A stretch of DNA of 64,000 nt from Octopus sinensis (taxonomy: Eukaryota): contig NC_043007.1 of the NCBI RefSeq assembly GCF_006345805.1, forward strand, positions 70,742,001-70,806,000, given 5' to 3'. Positions 40,190 to 53,277 of this stretch are shown in pieces; position 1 is the first letter of the stretch, and every line of letters starts with the position of its first letter. The position numbers and the translations under genes are program-made. A model generated the notes under the pieces. That model had not been told where the DNA came from. It made no database searches and saw nothing but the letters and a program-made list of their open reading frames with translations.

Positions 40190-40710
40190 AGAGACACAAA
40201 GAGAGGGGAGGGGAGAGAGAGGGGAGGAAAGCGAAAGTGGGAGAGAAGAAAGAGAGAAAGAGAAAGAGGGAGTAAGAGAGAGAACAGAGAGGGAGAGAGA
40301 GGCAGAGAAGGAAATAGAAGTAGAGAGAAAGAGAAAGGGAGAAAGAGAGGAGAAAGAGAGGGGGAATGAGAGAGAGGGAGAGAGAAAGAGTGAAAGAGAG
40401 AAGGGAGAAAGAGATAGAGAGAGAGAGAGACGGAAGTTTGAGGTGAGTAGAAATGAAGAGAGAAGAAGAAAAAGAGAAAGAGAAAGAGGGAGTAAGAGAG
40501 CGAACAGAGAGGGAGAGAGACAGAGAAGGAGATAGAAGTAGAGAGAAAGAGAAAGGGAGAAAGAGAAGAGAGAGATAGAGAATGGAGGAACAAGAGAGAG
40601 GGAGAGAGAAAGAGTGAAAGAAAGAGAGAGAGAGAAAGAGAGAGAGACGGAAGTCTGAGGTAAGTAGAAATAAAGAGAGAAACTTGAGGCAAATCTAAAA
40701 GGGAAAGTGG
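40190..40710. repeat. Polypurine (GA)-rich tract containing a ~220-bp diverged duplication
   Basis: gagtaagagag..aacagagagggagagaga..gaagtagagagaaagag and gacggaagt.tgaggt.agtagaaat each occur twice. Confidence 0.85.
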
Positions 40711-40774
40711 TTTGAAGGGTGACACGTCCCTTTAAATCATGTAAACAGAGATAAAATAGATTTAAATCTGTTTA

Positions 40775-40808
<34 letters not shown>

Positions 40809-41017
40809 GTCGTCATCATCATTGTTATTGTCATCAAGGAGGAAAAGAAGAGGCATAAGAGGAGGAGGAGGAGAAGGAGGAAGAGGATGTGTGAATTTGG
40901 TATGTTTGAATGTACATATGTATGTGTGTGTGTCTGTGTGTGCATAATCTTTCACTGATGTATATTTACTGTGGATATAAAGATCAGTATATATAAAATA
41001 AAAAAAACTCTGAAAAC

Positions 41018-41116
41018 CTGGTACTTTAAAAATTAAATCCCATGAGATATTTGTTTTCCATTGAGGTACAAACACTCCCTTGCCACTCTCAACATCAGTA
41101 AAACTATCATTAGAAA
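41018..41116 (-). CDS. Candidate coding exon (SNDSFTDVESGKGVFVPQWKTNISWDLIFKVP), gene unknown
   Basis: Acceptor ttttatatctgttag, 99 nt open (phase 1-1), but weak donor CAG/GTTTTC. Confidence 0.22.
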
Positions 41117-41372
41117 CTAACAGATATAAAATATATAATAATAATAATGATGATGATGATGATGATGACAATAATGATAATAATAATAATCTTTTCTACT
41201 CTAGGCACAATGCCCGAAATTTTTGGGGAGGAAGCCAGTTGATTAGATTGACCCCAGTATGCAACTGGTACTTAATTCATTGATCCTAAAGACAGACGAA
41301 ATACCATTAAGCATTTCACCTGGCATGCTAATGTTTCTGCCAGCTCACCATCTTACGATAATAATAATAATA

Positions 41373-41421
<49 letters not shown>

Positions 41422-41446
41422 AATGATGATAATAATAATGATGATG

Positions 41447-41518
<72 letters not shown>

Positions 41519-42652
41519 GTTATAATAATGGAAGTCCTAAGCAGTGATGAATCAAAGGAAAAGGGAGAATTTTAAACAAAACAGACAGAATGATACCTTG
41601 AAAGAAAAATAATGTATGGTCAATTCCTGTGAGAAATACCCGAGAACTGGATACTGGCTTTGTTTGTAAATTGTACAAAAAATATGAAATATGTAGAAAC
41701 TATGAAGTTTATGAGTTTCAGACTGATCTGTGAAATATGTATAATTGCTGTGTTGAGACAAATAATTAAGAGAAATTTCATTATTTGTCTCAATTTGTCA
41801 AGAATATTGTATAAAGTGAATGTAGATGTAACCATGGAAACCATCCTGTTTTTGTGTGTGAGTGGAATCTGAAGACAAACCTCCCACACTTTTAACAGAA
41901 GAGTTCAGTGTCAGGAACCCCTCAAAGAAACTGATGAGGAATTAAAGAAACAGGTTTACAGTCATACAAATGAGTCATGATAGAATTGCTTTCAAGAACA
42001 CACTTATATACAAACACAGACACACACACATATATGCAAGCATATACAAACGCAAACATAAACTCACTCCCAATAACTCACATTCATCATGCACAACACA
42101 TACACAGATATTATTTAAATGTAAACACATGCTCTCCTATGGATGAGTACATGCAGACACATAACTTTATCAATATATCTATGTATTTTTTTCACTGCCT
42201 CACATTCTGTTACTCTCTCTCTTGCACAAACACACACACACACAAAAATAAATTTATATACCACACACACACATATATGTATAGATAAATTTATATGGCA
42301 TTTGGTATCATTCACTCTCTCCATTCTTCCACCCTTGCTATCTATCATGCAATCACCCCTATCTTTTCAAGTGCTGGAGTCACAGTAGAGTGCACCCTGT
42401 GCACTTTGTTGAGTACGAGATTAAGAGGTCGCTTTAACCTTGACTAACACATGTCAGCCTCTTTAATGTTAGTACTACAAAAAATAAACCCAGTACACCC
42501 TAGAAGGAGGTTGATATTAGGAAAGGTATCCAGTGGTAGAAATTAAACCAAAATCTGACTTACAAATGAGATGTGGTCTTCTAACTCCCTGAGGAGAGCA
42601 GCAACATGTTGTCCAACCTATCTGAGAACCCCTTTGGTCACGACACAGACCA

Positions 42653-43156
42653 TGGGATTGCACCTAGAAAGTTACCCTCCCAGGCACAAGTCTGGGCAAG
42701 GTTGTTTATGGAAGACCAGCAGTCGCCCATGCATACCGGCCTCCCCTCTCCATGCCACCAGTGTTATCCAAGGGAAAGGCAACAGCAGATACAGCTTGAC
42801 ACTTGTGATATCGCAACTCATTTCTATAGCTGAGTGAACTGGAGCAACGTGAAATAAAATGTCTTGCTCAAGAACACAACATGCAGCCTGGTCCGGGATT
42901 CAAACTTGAATCCCGGACCAGGCTGCATGTTGTGTTCTTGAGCAAGACATTTTATTTCACGTTGCTCCAGTTCACTCAGCTATAGAAATGAGTTGCGATA
43001 TCACAAGTGTCAAGCTGTATCTGCTGTTGCCTTTCCCTTGGATAACACTGGTGGCATGGAGAGGGGAGGCCGGTATGCATGGGCGACTGCTGGTCTTCCA
43101 TAAACAACCTTGCCCAGACTTGTGCCTGGGAGGGTAACTTTCTAGGTGCAATCCCA
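42653..43156. repeat. Perfect palindrome: 251-bp arms, 2-nt spacer, made of two head-to-head SINE bodies
   Basis: 42653-42903 is the exact reverse complement of 42906-43156; the ORF track shows the same peptides on both strands. Confidence 0.96.
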
Positions 43157-43689
43157 CAGTCAGTCATGACCGAAGGGAGTCTCAATATATATGTATATAT
43201 ATGACAAGCTTCTTTCCATCTACCAAATCTAATCATAAGGCTTTGGTTGGCCTAAGGCTATAGCAGAAGGCACTTACTCAAGATTCCACACTGTAGGACT
43301 GAACCTGGAACCATGTGGTTGGGAGGCAAGCTTCTTATCACACAGCCATGCCTGAAATCCAACTTGAAATAAAATGAAAAATATTTTTATTTTCTCATCC
43401 TTTGCAATGAATTGAGATATCAACATGTCAACAAATTAAAGTTATTATTGCTTATGAAGCATACAAAATCGTTTGACTGTGTCAAGTCTTGTTGACTGAC
43501 CAAAATCAAATTACTGAAGAAACAAATCACTTGCAGCGAGATACTAATCATTAACAAATACTAAAGACCTTACAACAATGTCTGAATCAACAAAAGAATA
43601 GCAGCTTACATTTTGATTGGCCTTAATTGGCAGGAAACAACTCAAAGGATGAAACTGAGGATTTGAATCAAACAGATGAGTGTTTGTTA

Positions 43690-43917
43690 AGTGTGTGTGT
43701 GTGTGTGCATGAGTGTGTGTGTGTGTGCATGTGAGACAGACAGACAGACAGAGAGTGTGTGTGTGAGAGAAAAAAAGAAAGAGTGTGAGAGAGACATAGA
43801 GAGTGTGTATGAGAGAAAGTGTGTATGTGTGTGTGTGAGAGAGAGGGTGAGGTGTGTAAGAGAGAGAGAGAGTGTGTGTGTAAGAGAGGGAGAGAGTGTA
43901 TAAGAGAAAGAGAGGAT

Positions 43918-43952
<35 letters not shown>

Positions 43953-44305
43953 AAAGAAAGTGCATATGCATGTGTGTGTGTGAGAGAGAAAGAGATGTAT
44001 GTGTGTAAGAGAAAGAAAGTGTGTAAGAGAGAGAGAGAGAGAAAGAGAGTGCATATGCATGTGTTGTGAGAGAGAAAGAGATGTGTGTGTAAGAGAAAGA
44101 AAGTATGTAAGAGAGGGAGAGAGTGTGTAAGAGAAAGAGAGAATTGTGTATGTGAAAGAGAGAGAGAGAGAGGGAGAGAGAAAGAGAGAGAGAAAAAGAG
44201 TGCATATGCATGTGTGAGTGTGAGAGAGAAAGAAATGTGTGTGTAAGAGAAAGAACGTGTGTGTGTGTGAGAGAGAGGGAGAAATGTGTGTGTGTGTGTG
44301 TGTTT
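43690..44305. repeat. Compound (GA)/(GT) low-complexity tract with internal ~65-bp repeats
   Basis: agtgcatatgcatgtg..gagagaaag recurs three times; source of the 275-aa S/L/H/T ORF. Confidence 0.9.
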
Positions 44306-44347
44306 ATTCCCTCTCACACTTGCTGTTTGTGTCTGTACAACATTTAG

Positions 44348-44568
44348 CCCTTTAGCATTCAAACTGGCCATATCCGGCCAAAATAGTCTACCTGTTTTAT
44401 CTTCAAATCAGTCAGATCTGGCCTCTCACACCTATCCTACAATGTCATTTTAAAAATAAACAGTCACATCATCGAAATCTCGAAACTATGTGATAATGCA
44501 TGAATGAATTCAAAATAATGTAAATCAATAAGCATTACATTTGTTAGATTAATCTGAATGCTAAAGGG
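44348..44568. mobile_element. piggyBac-type MITE (family E1); other copies 58909-59129 and ~54280-54420 (partial, minus)
   Basis: CCCTTTAGCATT...AATGCTAAAGGG-TTAA termini. Confidence 0.85.
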
Positions 44569-44949
44569 TTAATCAAAGGTAAACATTTACTCTTCAGCCT
44601 AAATTTAAAGTCTGGTGTGAAGAAGTGGGAAGCAGTCTTTAGAGATGACTTTTTGTAGATGAAGTTACTGCTGTTGCAACTGCTTCTGCTGCTGCTGCTG
44701 AAGACCATCATTATTCTTCTCAAATTTACTGTTTTATGTTGGTATCGGTTTGATAGGGCTTTAAAGCCTTAATTCTATATCAATTCTCTTATGTGAGATA
44801 TCTCTACCAATATATACTGGGTGCAGACTGCATTCATAACCAGCTGGAGGAGGTGTCCTCTTGTGGTTAAAATAGGACAGCAGTGTTGGTTTGTACAGAA
44901 CAGCCATATTGAAGTGATGACAAACATTACTTCTCAATATATATATGTA

Positions 44950-45175
44950 AGTGTGGAGGGTGTTGAACTCATGATCATAAGGTTGTGGTTTCGATTCCTG
45001 GACTGGGCGATGTGTTGTGTTCTTGAGCAAAACACTTCATTTCACATTGCTCCAGTCCACTCAGCTGGCAAAAATGAGTAATCCTGCAACAGCCCGACGT
45101 CCCATCCAGGTGACTAATTTCTACGCCACCGAAACTGGGAAACCAGCCCTAATGAGCCTGGCATGACTCGGGAGA
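44950..45175 (+). mobile_element. Family-G tRNA-SINE (similar copy 62410-62630)
   Basis: ggtttcgattcctgg B box, ttgagcaaaacact..gctccagtccactcag core. Confidence 0.8.
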
Positions 45176-46029
45176 TATATGTATGTATACATTTATGTGT
45201 GTGTGTCTTCGTGTCTGTGTTCATTCATCCATCATCACTTGACAGCCGATGATGGTCTGTTTATGTCCCCATAACTTAATGGTTTGGCAAAAGTGGCTGA
45301 CAGAATAGATACTAGGCTTACAAAGAATAAACCCTGAAGTCGATTTCTTCGACTAAAACCCTTTAACCCTTTCATTACCAACCTGGCTGAAACTGGCTCT
45401 GGCTCTGAGTACAAATGTCTTGTTTCATAAGTTTTGAATTAAAATCTTCCACCAACCTTGATCACAATTTATGTTCCTAACACTAGCTGAATAATAACAA
45501 ACTTATTCTTTGTTATATTTAAAGTAATTGAAAGAAACACAGAACATCTCAGCAGAAATATGGTAACAAAAGGGTCAAAGTGGTACTCCAGCTTGGCTAC
45601 AGTCAAATGATTGTAACGAGTAAAAGAATAAAAGAATATCAATGTGCACATGACTGTCAGTTTGTGTTTGTTACCCACCACCGCTTGACAACCGGTGTTG
45701 GTGTGTTTACATCCTTGTAACTTAGGAGTTCAGCAAAAGCGACCGATAGGCTTAGAAAAAAAAAAAAAAAGTACTGGAGTCAATTTATTTGACTAAAAAT
45801 TCTTCAACGCAGTGCCCCAGTATGGTTACAGTCTAATGACTAAAACAAACAACAGATGAGAAAAGAAAAAGATAAAAGAAATATTTGCCCCAGTAAATCT
45901 AGCAGAAAATTGCTCTTTTAGTGGAGGAACCTCTTTTATTCTATTCTTCTTTCATCCTTTTCTCTTCTTTGGCAATTCTCTTCAAACGTTGCTCAACAAT
46001 AGAGTTGTTACTGCCAATGCACAGTTGTT

Positions 46030-46275
46030 GCTGAGTCAACCCCTCACACCACCACCCCCGTCCCCCTCCCGCCACCACGCCATCCTCCCTCACACCACCA
46101 CGCCGTCTCCCCCTCACACCATCACCAGTTTGTAAAAGTAGAAGCAGTCGGAGGAGAGGAAGAGAGAAAGTCAGGTCAAAATGAAGACAGCAGCGATGGC
46201 GATGGCCGACCGACCGACCAACAGACGATGCAGCCTGACTCATTCATTCGTTCTCAGCTTTGGCCACTGAATCTG
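46030..46275 (-). promoter_or_regulatory. GC/CpG-enriched patch: putative promoter or first exon with a G-quadruplex motif
   Basis: Non-repeat, CpG-containing stretch in an AT-rich window; minus-strand TCAGT initiator-like motif at 46266-46270; TGA(G/C)TCA sites at 46032 and 46236; four G3+ runs at 46040-46070. Confidence 0.4.
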
Positions 46276-46617
46276 TTCTACTCTGCACTCAATAAAATAA
46301 TTCATTCTAAAGTAGGAATAGAAATATTCTAGTTGATTTGATTTTGGTATATATTTCGTTTTGTATTTTTGGTTAATCCCGAAGTACTATCACTATATCT
46401 ACTCAGACACACACAATACATGCATACTTACATACGTACATGCACATATATATATACACACACACACACACACATATGCATATAGATATATATATAGATA
46501 TAGTCATATATTTATATATATATATAATTATCAAAAAAATGACCATCCCAAGTATAATAATATATACAGATGCTTACTTGTATGTGTATATGTGTATTTG
46601 TACATGTATTTCTATGC

Positions 46618-46618
46618 C

Positions 46619-46689
<71 letters not shown>

Positions 46690-46795
46690 GTCTGTCTATC
46701 TGTCTGTCTATCTGTCTATCTATCTATCTATCTATCTATCTAACTATCTATCTATCTATCTATCTATCTATATATCTATCTATTTATCTATCTAA
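46618..46795. repeat. (CTAT)n microsatellite
   Basis: Directly visible. Confidence 0.95.
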
Positions 46796-47010
46796 CCATA
46801 TAGAGACACACACACACACATATGTGTGTGTGTGCATGTGTACATATATGAATATATGTAGATGATTTGACTGAGGACTGGTGAACCAGATGGCTGCACC
46901 AGGCTGCAGTCTGAATTGGCAAAGTTTCTACAGCATATATATATATATATATATATGCCACTACACATTTTTTTCACTCCATGTTTCTCTCCTTGTTTTT
47001 TTCTGTGTCC

Positions 47011-47046
47011 CTTTCTGTAGAAGAGCGTAGGCTCGAAACGTAAAAG
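47011..47046 (+). ncRNA. Minimal hammerhead-like motif in a Penelope-type tail (one core substitution)
   Basis: CTTT-CTGTAGA-A-GAGC-GTAG-GCTC-GAAAC-GTA-AAAG; A6 position is T. Confidence 0.45.
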
Positions 47047-48157
47047 ACTTTTTCTATTCCTGAGCATTATACTAATACATCTGTTTGTTTTGTACACCAC
47101 CTGTCTTCGTCTTTTGTTTTTTTCATAAACTCTCCCTATATATATATATATATATATTTATATACATACACACACATATATATGGTGTTATTATTTGATT
47201 CTGTTATAGGATTGCAACCATGCTGGAGCATTATCTACAAGAGTTTAATTGATTGTACCCACCTTAGTAGTTATCTCATTATCTCAGTCTTATTTAATTG
47301 ATGCCCATTTGTTGAGCTGCTAAGTTATTGGAAAAGCCCAAATTTAAGCGCATCCTATTTTCTTTCATGAATACATCTGAGTGTTCATGTTTCTTACACT
47401 CCTTGTAAAAATCAATTCCATATTTCTAACCAATCTCGATATATTCATTGATGAAGGAGGTGAACTGGCAGAATTGTTAGCATGCTGGACAAAATGCTTA
47501 ATGGCATTTCATGTCTTAATATTCTGAGTTCAAATTCCACCAGGTCAATTTTGTCTTACATTTTTTTTTTTGAGTCAATAAAATAAGTATCAGTTGAACT
47601 CTGGGATTGATGTAATCAACTTACCCTTTCCCCTGAATTGCTGGCCTTGTGCCAAAACTTGAAACCATTTTAGATTTAGAAACATGATCTAATCTGATTG
47701 TTGGTTTTTCCATTCTCTTTTGGTTTGCATTTATTTATTCAGAATAATCTGACTAATATCAGCCAGATTTTCACAAAATATAGAATGTCAAATCGCCATA
47801 TTATGGCACTAATTCCCCGCCCTCATCTCAGTTTAGCACTGCGACAAAAACTTGTTTTTAATGAAATTAATATATTCTTCATCAGTTATACAATATGATA
47901 CTTGCTATTGCTTTCTATTTCATGATTGATATTTCTTTGTATAATACTGACTCACAGAATTCATGTGATAAGCTGATATCCACATGGAGAATAGGAAGAC
48001 ATCGGTCTGGAAACAAATACGTCAACATCGCAAAATAGTAATTTATTGTCAATTCTGTTTTCTCATGCTTTTCTCTCTGGTAACAAATAGATAGATGATG
48101 GTTTTCTGTTTCCAGGTCGTCACAGAGTGTCTTGGCAATTAAAACAACAGATACAGG

Positions 48158-48513
48158 CATGCATGCATACATACATACATGCTTGCATACATACATACAT
48201 ACATACATACATACATACATACATACATACATACATACATACATACATACATACATACATACATACATTCATACATTCATACATGCATACATACATGCAT
48301 ACATACATACATACATACATGCATGCATACATACATACATACATACATACATACATACATTCATGCGTACATGCAAGTATGCATACATTTATACATGCAT
48401 ACATACATGCATCATACATACATACATACATACATACATACACACACACATACATACATACATACACACACACATACATACATACATACACACATACATG
48501 CATGCATACATAC

Positions 48514-48544
<31 letters not shown>

Positions 48545-48700
48545 CATACATACATGCATGCATGCATACATACATACACACACATGCACACATACATACA
48601 TACACACATACTACATACATACACACATACATACATACATACATACATACATTCATACATGCATACATACATACATACATACATACAATGCATGCATTAC
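48158..48700. repeat. Long (CATA)n microsatellite
   Basis: Directly visible; source of the 184-198 aa HTYI/MYVC ORFs. Confidence 0.97.
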
Positions 48701-48703
48701 ATA

Positions 48704-49350
48704 CGAGGGTCAGCTGAAAAGTTCATAGGCTGACAAAGAAACTCTCATGGAATGTGACCAAATAAGGTTTCTTTTTCAAAATAGTCCCTCTTGCGGTCCA
48801 CACTTTTCCATCAGTGTTGCAGTGGTTGGATCCCATTGATGAAGAAACTGGCATCCTGTTGGTTGGAAAAGTCATTGACAGCAGATATGTATTTCTTTAC
48901 TGCCCACAAGGGGCTAAACATAGAGGGGACAAACGGATTAAGTCGATTAGATCGACCCCAGAGTGAAACTGGTACTTTATTTATCGACCCTGAAAGGATG
49001 AAAGGCAAAGTTGACCTCGGCGGAATTTGAACTCAGAACGTAACGACAGACGAAATACCGCTAGGCATTTCGTCCGGCGTGCTGACGTTTCTGCCAGCTT
49101 GCCACCATTGATAGCAGATATGGTGTCATCATCACTGCGGTACTGGTTCCCAGTCAAGTATTGTCCCTGTTGGGGAACACATGATAGTCAGATGGGGCCA
49201 AGTCAGGAGAACAGAGAGGGTGGTCAATCAGCTCAAAGCCACAGCCATGCACAGCAACCATTGAAATCAATGTCTGGTGTGCTGGAGCATTGTCGTGATG
49301 AAACAAGTCCTCGCTCATCAGTTTTCCTTGGCGTTTAGTCTTGATGGCCT
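48704..49350 (-). mobile_element. Mariner fragment interrupted by a family-A SINE (48890-49105)
   Basis: TA+CGAGGGTCAGCTGAAAAGTTC terminus; SINE flanked by CATTGA(C/T)AGCAGATATG at 48873-48889 and 49106-49122. Confidence 0.85.
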
Positions 49351-49353
49351 TTT

Positions 49354-49387
<34 letters not shown>

Positions 49388-49549
49388 AATTAGAGAAAAA
49401 GCACTATTATGTAATTCAAACAATGATAGACATAAATAAAATATATCATAAAATATAAAATATATTATAAAACATATAACTAGATCACAAAAAGTACAAA
49501 AAAATGAATAAACAATATATAATAAGTAAAAAGACTATGTACTCCCTAA

Positions 49550-49619
<70 letters not shown>

Positions 49620-49660
49620 ATTATTATTATTATTATTGTTATTATTATTGTTTTATATAT

Positions 49661-49693
<33 letters not shown>

Positions 49694-50519
49694 GCACACA
49701 CACATGCACACACACACAACTAAACATATATAGAAAATATTCAAAAATCTTTACACAAATCAAATGATTATAAAGTCAGTGTTTATGCAAAAACATTTCA
49801 TTTTAAAAATTTAATAGGATCTACATACAGAATTATATATATATATATATATATACTGGTTAGTTTAATATATGTTGCAGCAGATGAACCAATCAGCTTC
49901 TACTTAGTATCCCATATCGGGATGTCTGTCAAAGACCTGTAGAATTACTCATGATACATTAATACCCATGGAAAAAGTAAATAATGTTTATTGGGTTATC
50001 AAACACTGTTGAGTAATGTAAGAGACTCTATATAGTCACTCAACTGTTAGAAATAACAGCCAAATTTCTTTTAATTTCATCCTAGGATCCTAAAATTAAA
50101 AGGAGACATTGTACCTATTTCTTTACTACCCACAAGGGGCTAAACACAGAGGGGACAAACAAGGACAGACAAACGGATTAAGTCGATTACATCGACCCCA
50201 GTGTGTAACTGGTACTCATTTAATCGACCCCGAAAGGATGAAAGGCAAAGTCGACCTCGCCGGAATTGTACCATGTAGTTCCATAAATACAAAAAGACAG
50301 AATAGCTATGATTGGAACAACTTTGATTAGTGGATTTTGGGTTTAAAACAACATAATTGTTGAAATATTTTGTGTTTTTTTTTCCTTTTTTTTTGTTGTT
50401 GTGTCTTGGGAGAGGTTTACTAATCCAAAACTTGGTTCTTTGGTTTGGTTTCTCTCAAAATTATTAAAAAGACTAACAACTGTATTGTTTTAGGTTGACT
50501 TTTGAAAATTTACTTTCAT

Positions 50520-52015
50520 AGGCACAGGCATGGTTGTGTGGTAAGAAGCTTGCTTTCCAACCACATGATTTTGGGTTCAATTCTCCTGTATGGCATGTTG
50601 GGTAAGTGTCTTCTACTATAGCCTCGGGCAAACCAAAGCTTTGCGAGTGGATTTGGTAGGAGACTGAAAGAAGCCTGTCATGTATAATTATATCTATCTG
50701 TGTGTGCCTTTGTGTCTGTTTGTCTCCCACCACTGCTTGACAACCTATGTTGGTTTGTTTATATCACTGTAACTTAGCGGTTCAACAACACAGACTGACA
50801 GAATATGTACCAGACTTTAAAAAAATGTACTGGGGTTGATTCATTCAACTACAAATTCTTCAAGGCAGTGCCCCAGCATGGCTGCAGTCTAATGACTGAA
50901 ACAAGCAAAAGATGAAGATTATGATTTATAAATATGGTTGCTACCTTTATTTGCAATCACTTCTTCATATTTTAGTAGAGAAGACTATTTTTATCTGATA
51001 AACTTCAATTGTATTTTGGAAGCACTTAGAGGGAATGATCAGAATATATTTTCAAAGAATACAACATGGTAAATCTAAAAATTCCATCTTCATTGCTGTG
51101 ACAGTGCGAAAAATAAACCATTCCTCTGGGATTGTGACTATGAATTTTCTGACCAATAATTGACTAACTTGTAATAACAAGAATTAGATTTCTTGTCTAA
51201 CAAAAAATTCAGAGCATGAAATATAGTTATGGCTAATGTGCCATGAATTAAAAAAAAGATTAAGATCACATCTGCATAATTCTACAAAATCCTAAATGCC
51301 ATTTCTGTAAAATGAGTGAGGTTTCTTTTGTTTCTTGATTTCCCATTGCAGTATTGATAATGCTTTATGAAACACAATTTTGCAAGGGAGATATGGAGCC
51401 AATTGAGTTTAATGCCCATATATTAATGGTACTGGTCAACCTCAAAGACATGAAGGACACTGTTAATCCTGGAAGATTTGAAGTCAAAATTAAAAAAATA
51501 TATAAAACTGTTTAGTATTTCAAAGTGAGAAGGAAGAGTTTGTGTAGAGAAAGGGAATGTTTTCAAGTTAAACAGACATAAAAATATTTTTTACTGGAAC
51601 CTTTAGAAAGGAAACAAAAACTGTTGGCTGTGTGATAAGAAGCATGCTTACCAACCACATGGTTCCAGGTTCAGTTCCACTGCATGGCACCTTGGGCAAG
51701 TGTCTTCTACTATAGCCTTGGGCCGACCAAAACCTTGTGAGTGGATTTGGTAGACAGAAACTGAAAGAAGTCCGTCGTATATATATATATATATGTTTAC
51801 GTATATGTTTGTGTGTCTGTGTTTGCCCCCCAGCATCGGCTGACAACCGATGTTGGTGTGTTTACGTCTCCATCACTTAACGGTTCAGCAAGAAAAACCG
51901 ATAGAATAAGTACTAGGCTTACAAAGAATAAGCCCTGGGGTTTATTTGCTTGACTAAAGGTGGTGCTCCAGCATGGCCACGGTCAAATGACTGAAACAAA
52001 TAAAAGAATAAAAGA
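50520..52015 (+). mobile_element. Family-B SINEs (50520-50915, 51625-52015); another at 60172-60535
   Basis: Consensus head and tail matches; the span is a group. Confidence 0.85.
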
Positions 52016-52885
52016 ATTCTAAGCAAAATGCTGAGCAGCATTTCGTCCATCTTTATGTTCTGAGTTCAAACTCAGCTGAGGCTGACTTTACCTTTCATTC
52101 TTTCAGGGTTTCAGGGTTGCTGGCTTAGTGCTAAAATTTGAAATCAATATTAAAAGAACTAAAGACAGCAAGCTGGCAGAATCATTAGTACACTGGGCAA
52201 AATGCTTCTTGGCATTTCATCTGTCTTTACCTTCTGAGTTTAAATTCCACCAAAGCTGAGCACTGGGATCAATGTATCAACTTACCCTCCACTCCATAAT
52301 TGCTTGCCCTGAGCCAAAATTTGAAACCAATTAATTAATAATCTTTCTTTTAATATTAAATGAACTAAACAGGAAGAACAATGATTGTTATCTCTCCTTG
52401 ACCTCCACTCCTCTACTGCTTTATCTATGTTTTAGTTCAAGATTTATTTTACTAAAAGTACTTTTGTCTTCAAATCCCCTCATTAGCCTCTGACATGTAT
52501 CTCATACATTAGCAACCTTAAACTGTTGCCTCCCATTTATTGTATCATTTGGAAAAAGTTTAAAAGTATTAATAATGGTAAAAAAATAATCTTAGCACAA
52601 GATCAACAAATTTAGGGGAAGGAGGTTAGCTGATGACATCAACCCCAGCACTTGACTGGTACTTTATTTTATTGACCCCCAAAAGGATGAAAAGCAAAGT
52701 TAAACTTGGTGCCATCAAGCATTTTTGTCCAACACTTTAATGATTCAGCTAGATTGCCACCTTTGAAAGTATTACTATGCAAGCAAAATACTACTCCTTT
52801 TTTCTAGAATAAAAGTTTATTTTCTCATAAATTGTTCCCCAACTTTACATTCAAAAGTCAACAACTAATATCTATTTTGATCAAA

Positions 52886-53277
52886 TCTCGATATATATAA
52901 AGCTGAAGCTGTCTGTGTGTGGCAGGTTTGGTAGCCTTCAACTAACACTATCTCCTCCGAGACCCTGCGGTGCAAGTTGACCAAAATTGAGAGTATGATA
53001 GAAAAAGTCTTGCTCTTCTTTCCATAGAAGAAAAAATTCAAATTGGACTATGTTAAGACTAAAAATTATTTACATCAAAAATGTGCTTTTTTTCTATGAA
53101 AATCCCTATTTTTTACGATTTTTTGACTGCTGGGTCACCATTTTTCGATGTATTTCAACCAGAAAAACGTTCACTTAAAGAGAATAACAAGCTACATAAT
53201 GCAAAATCTTTACTTTTCAAAAATTCCAATTCTATGGGGTCGAAACAAACCCGAGCAATGCCAGGCGATACTGCTAG
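52886..53277 (+). mobile_element. Non-autonomous Helitron, copy 3
   Basis: TC..ATATATATAAAG start; AAACCCGAGCAATGCCAGGCGATACTGCTAG end. Confidence 0.82.

Noticed and set aside
42571-43236. Identical ORFs on both strands as duplicated genes
   Set aside because: A consequence of the SINE palindrome; no coding signature.
43544-44371. Longest ORF (275 aa, minus)
   Set aside because: Low-complexity S/L/H/T sequence from the GA/GT tract, starting in a MITE.
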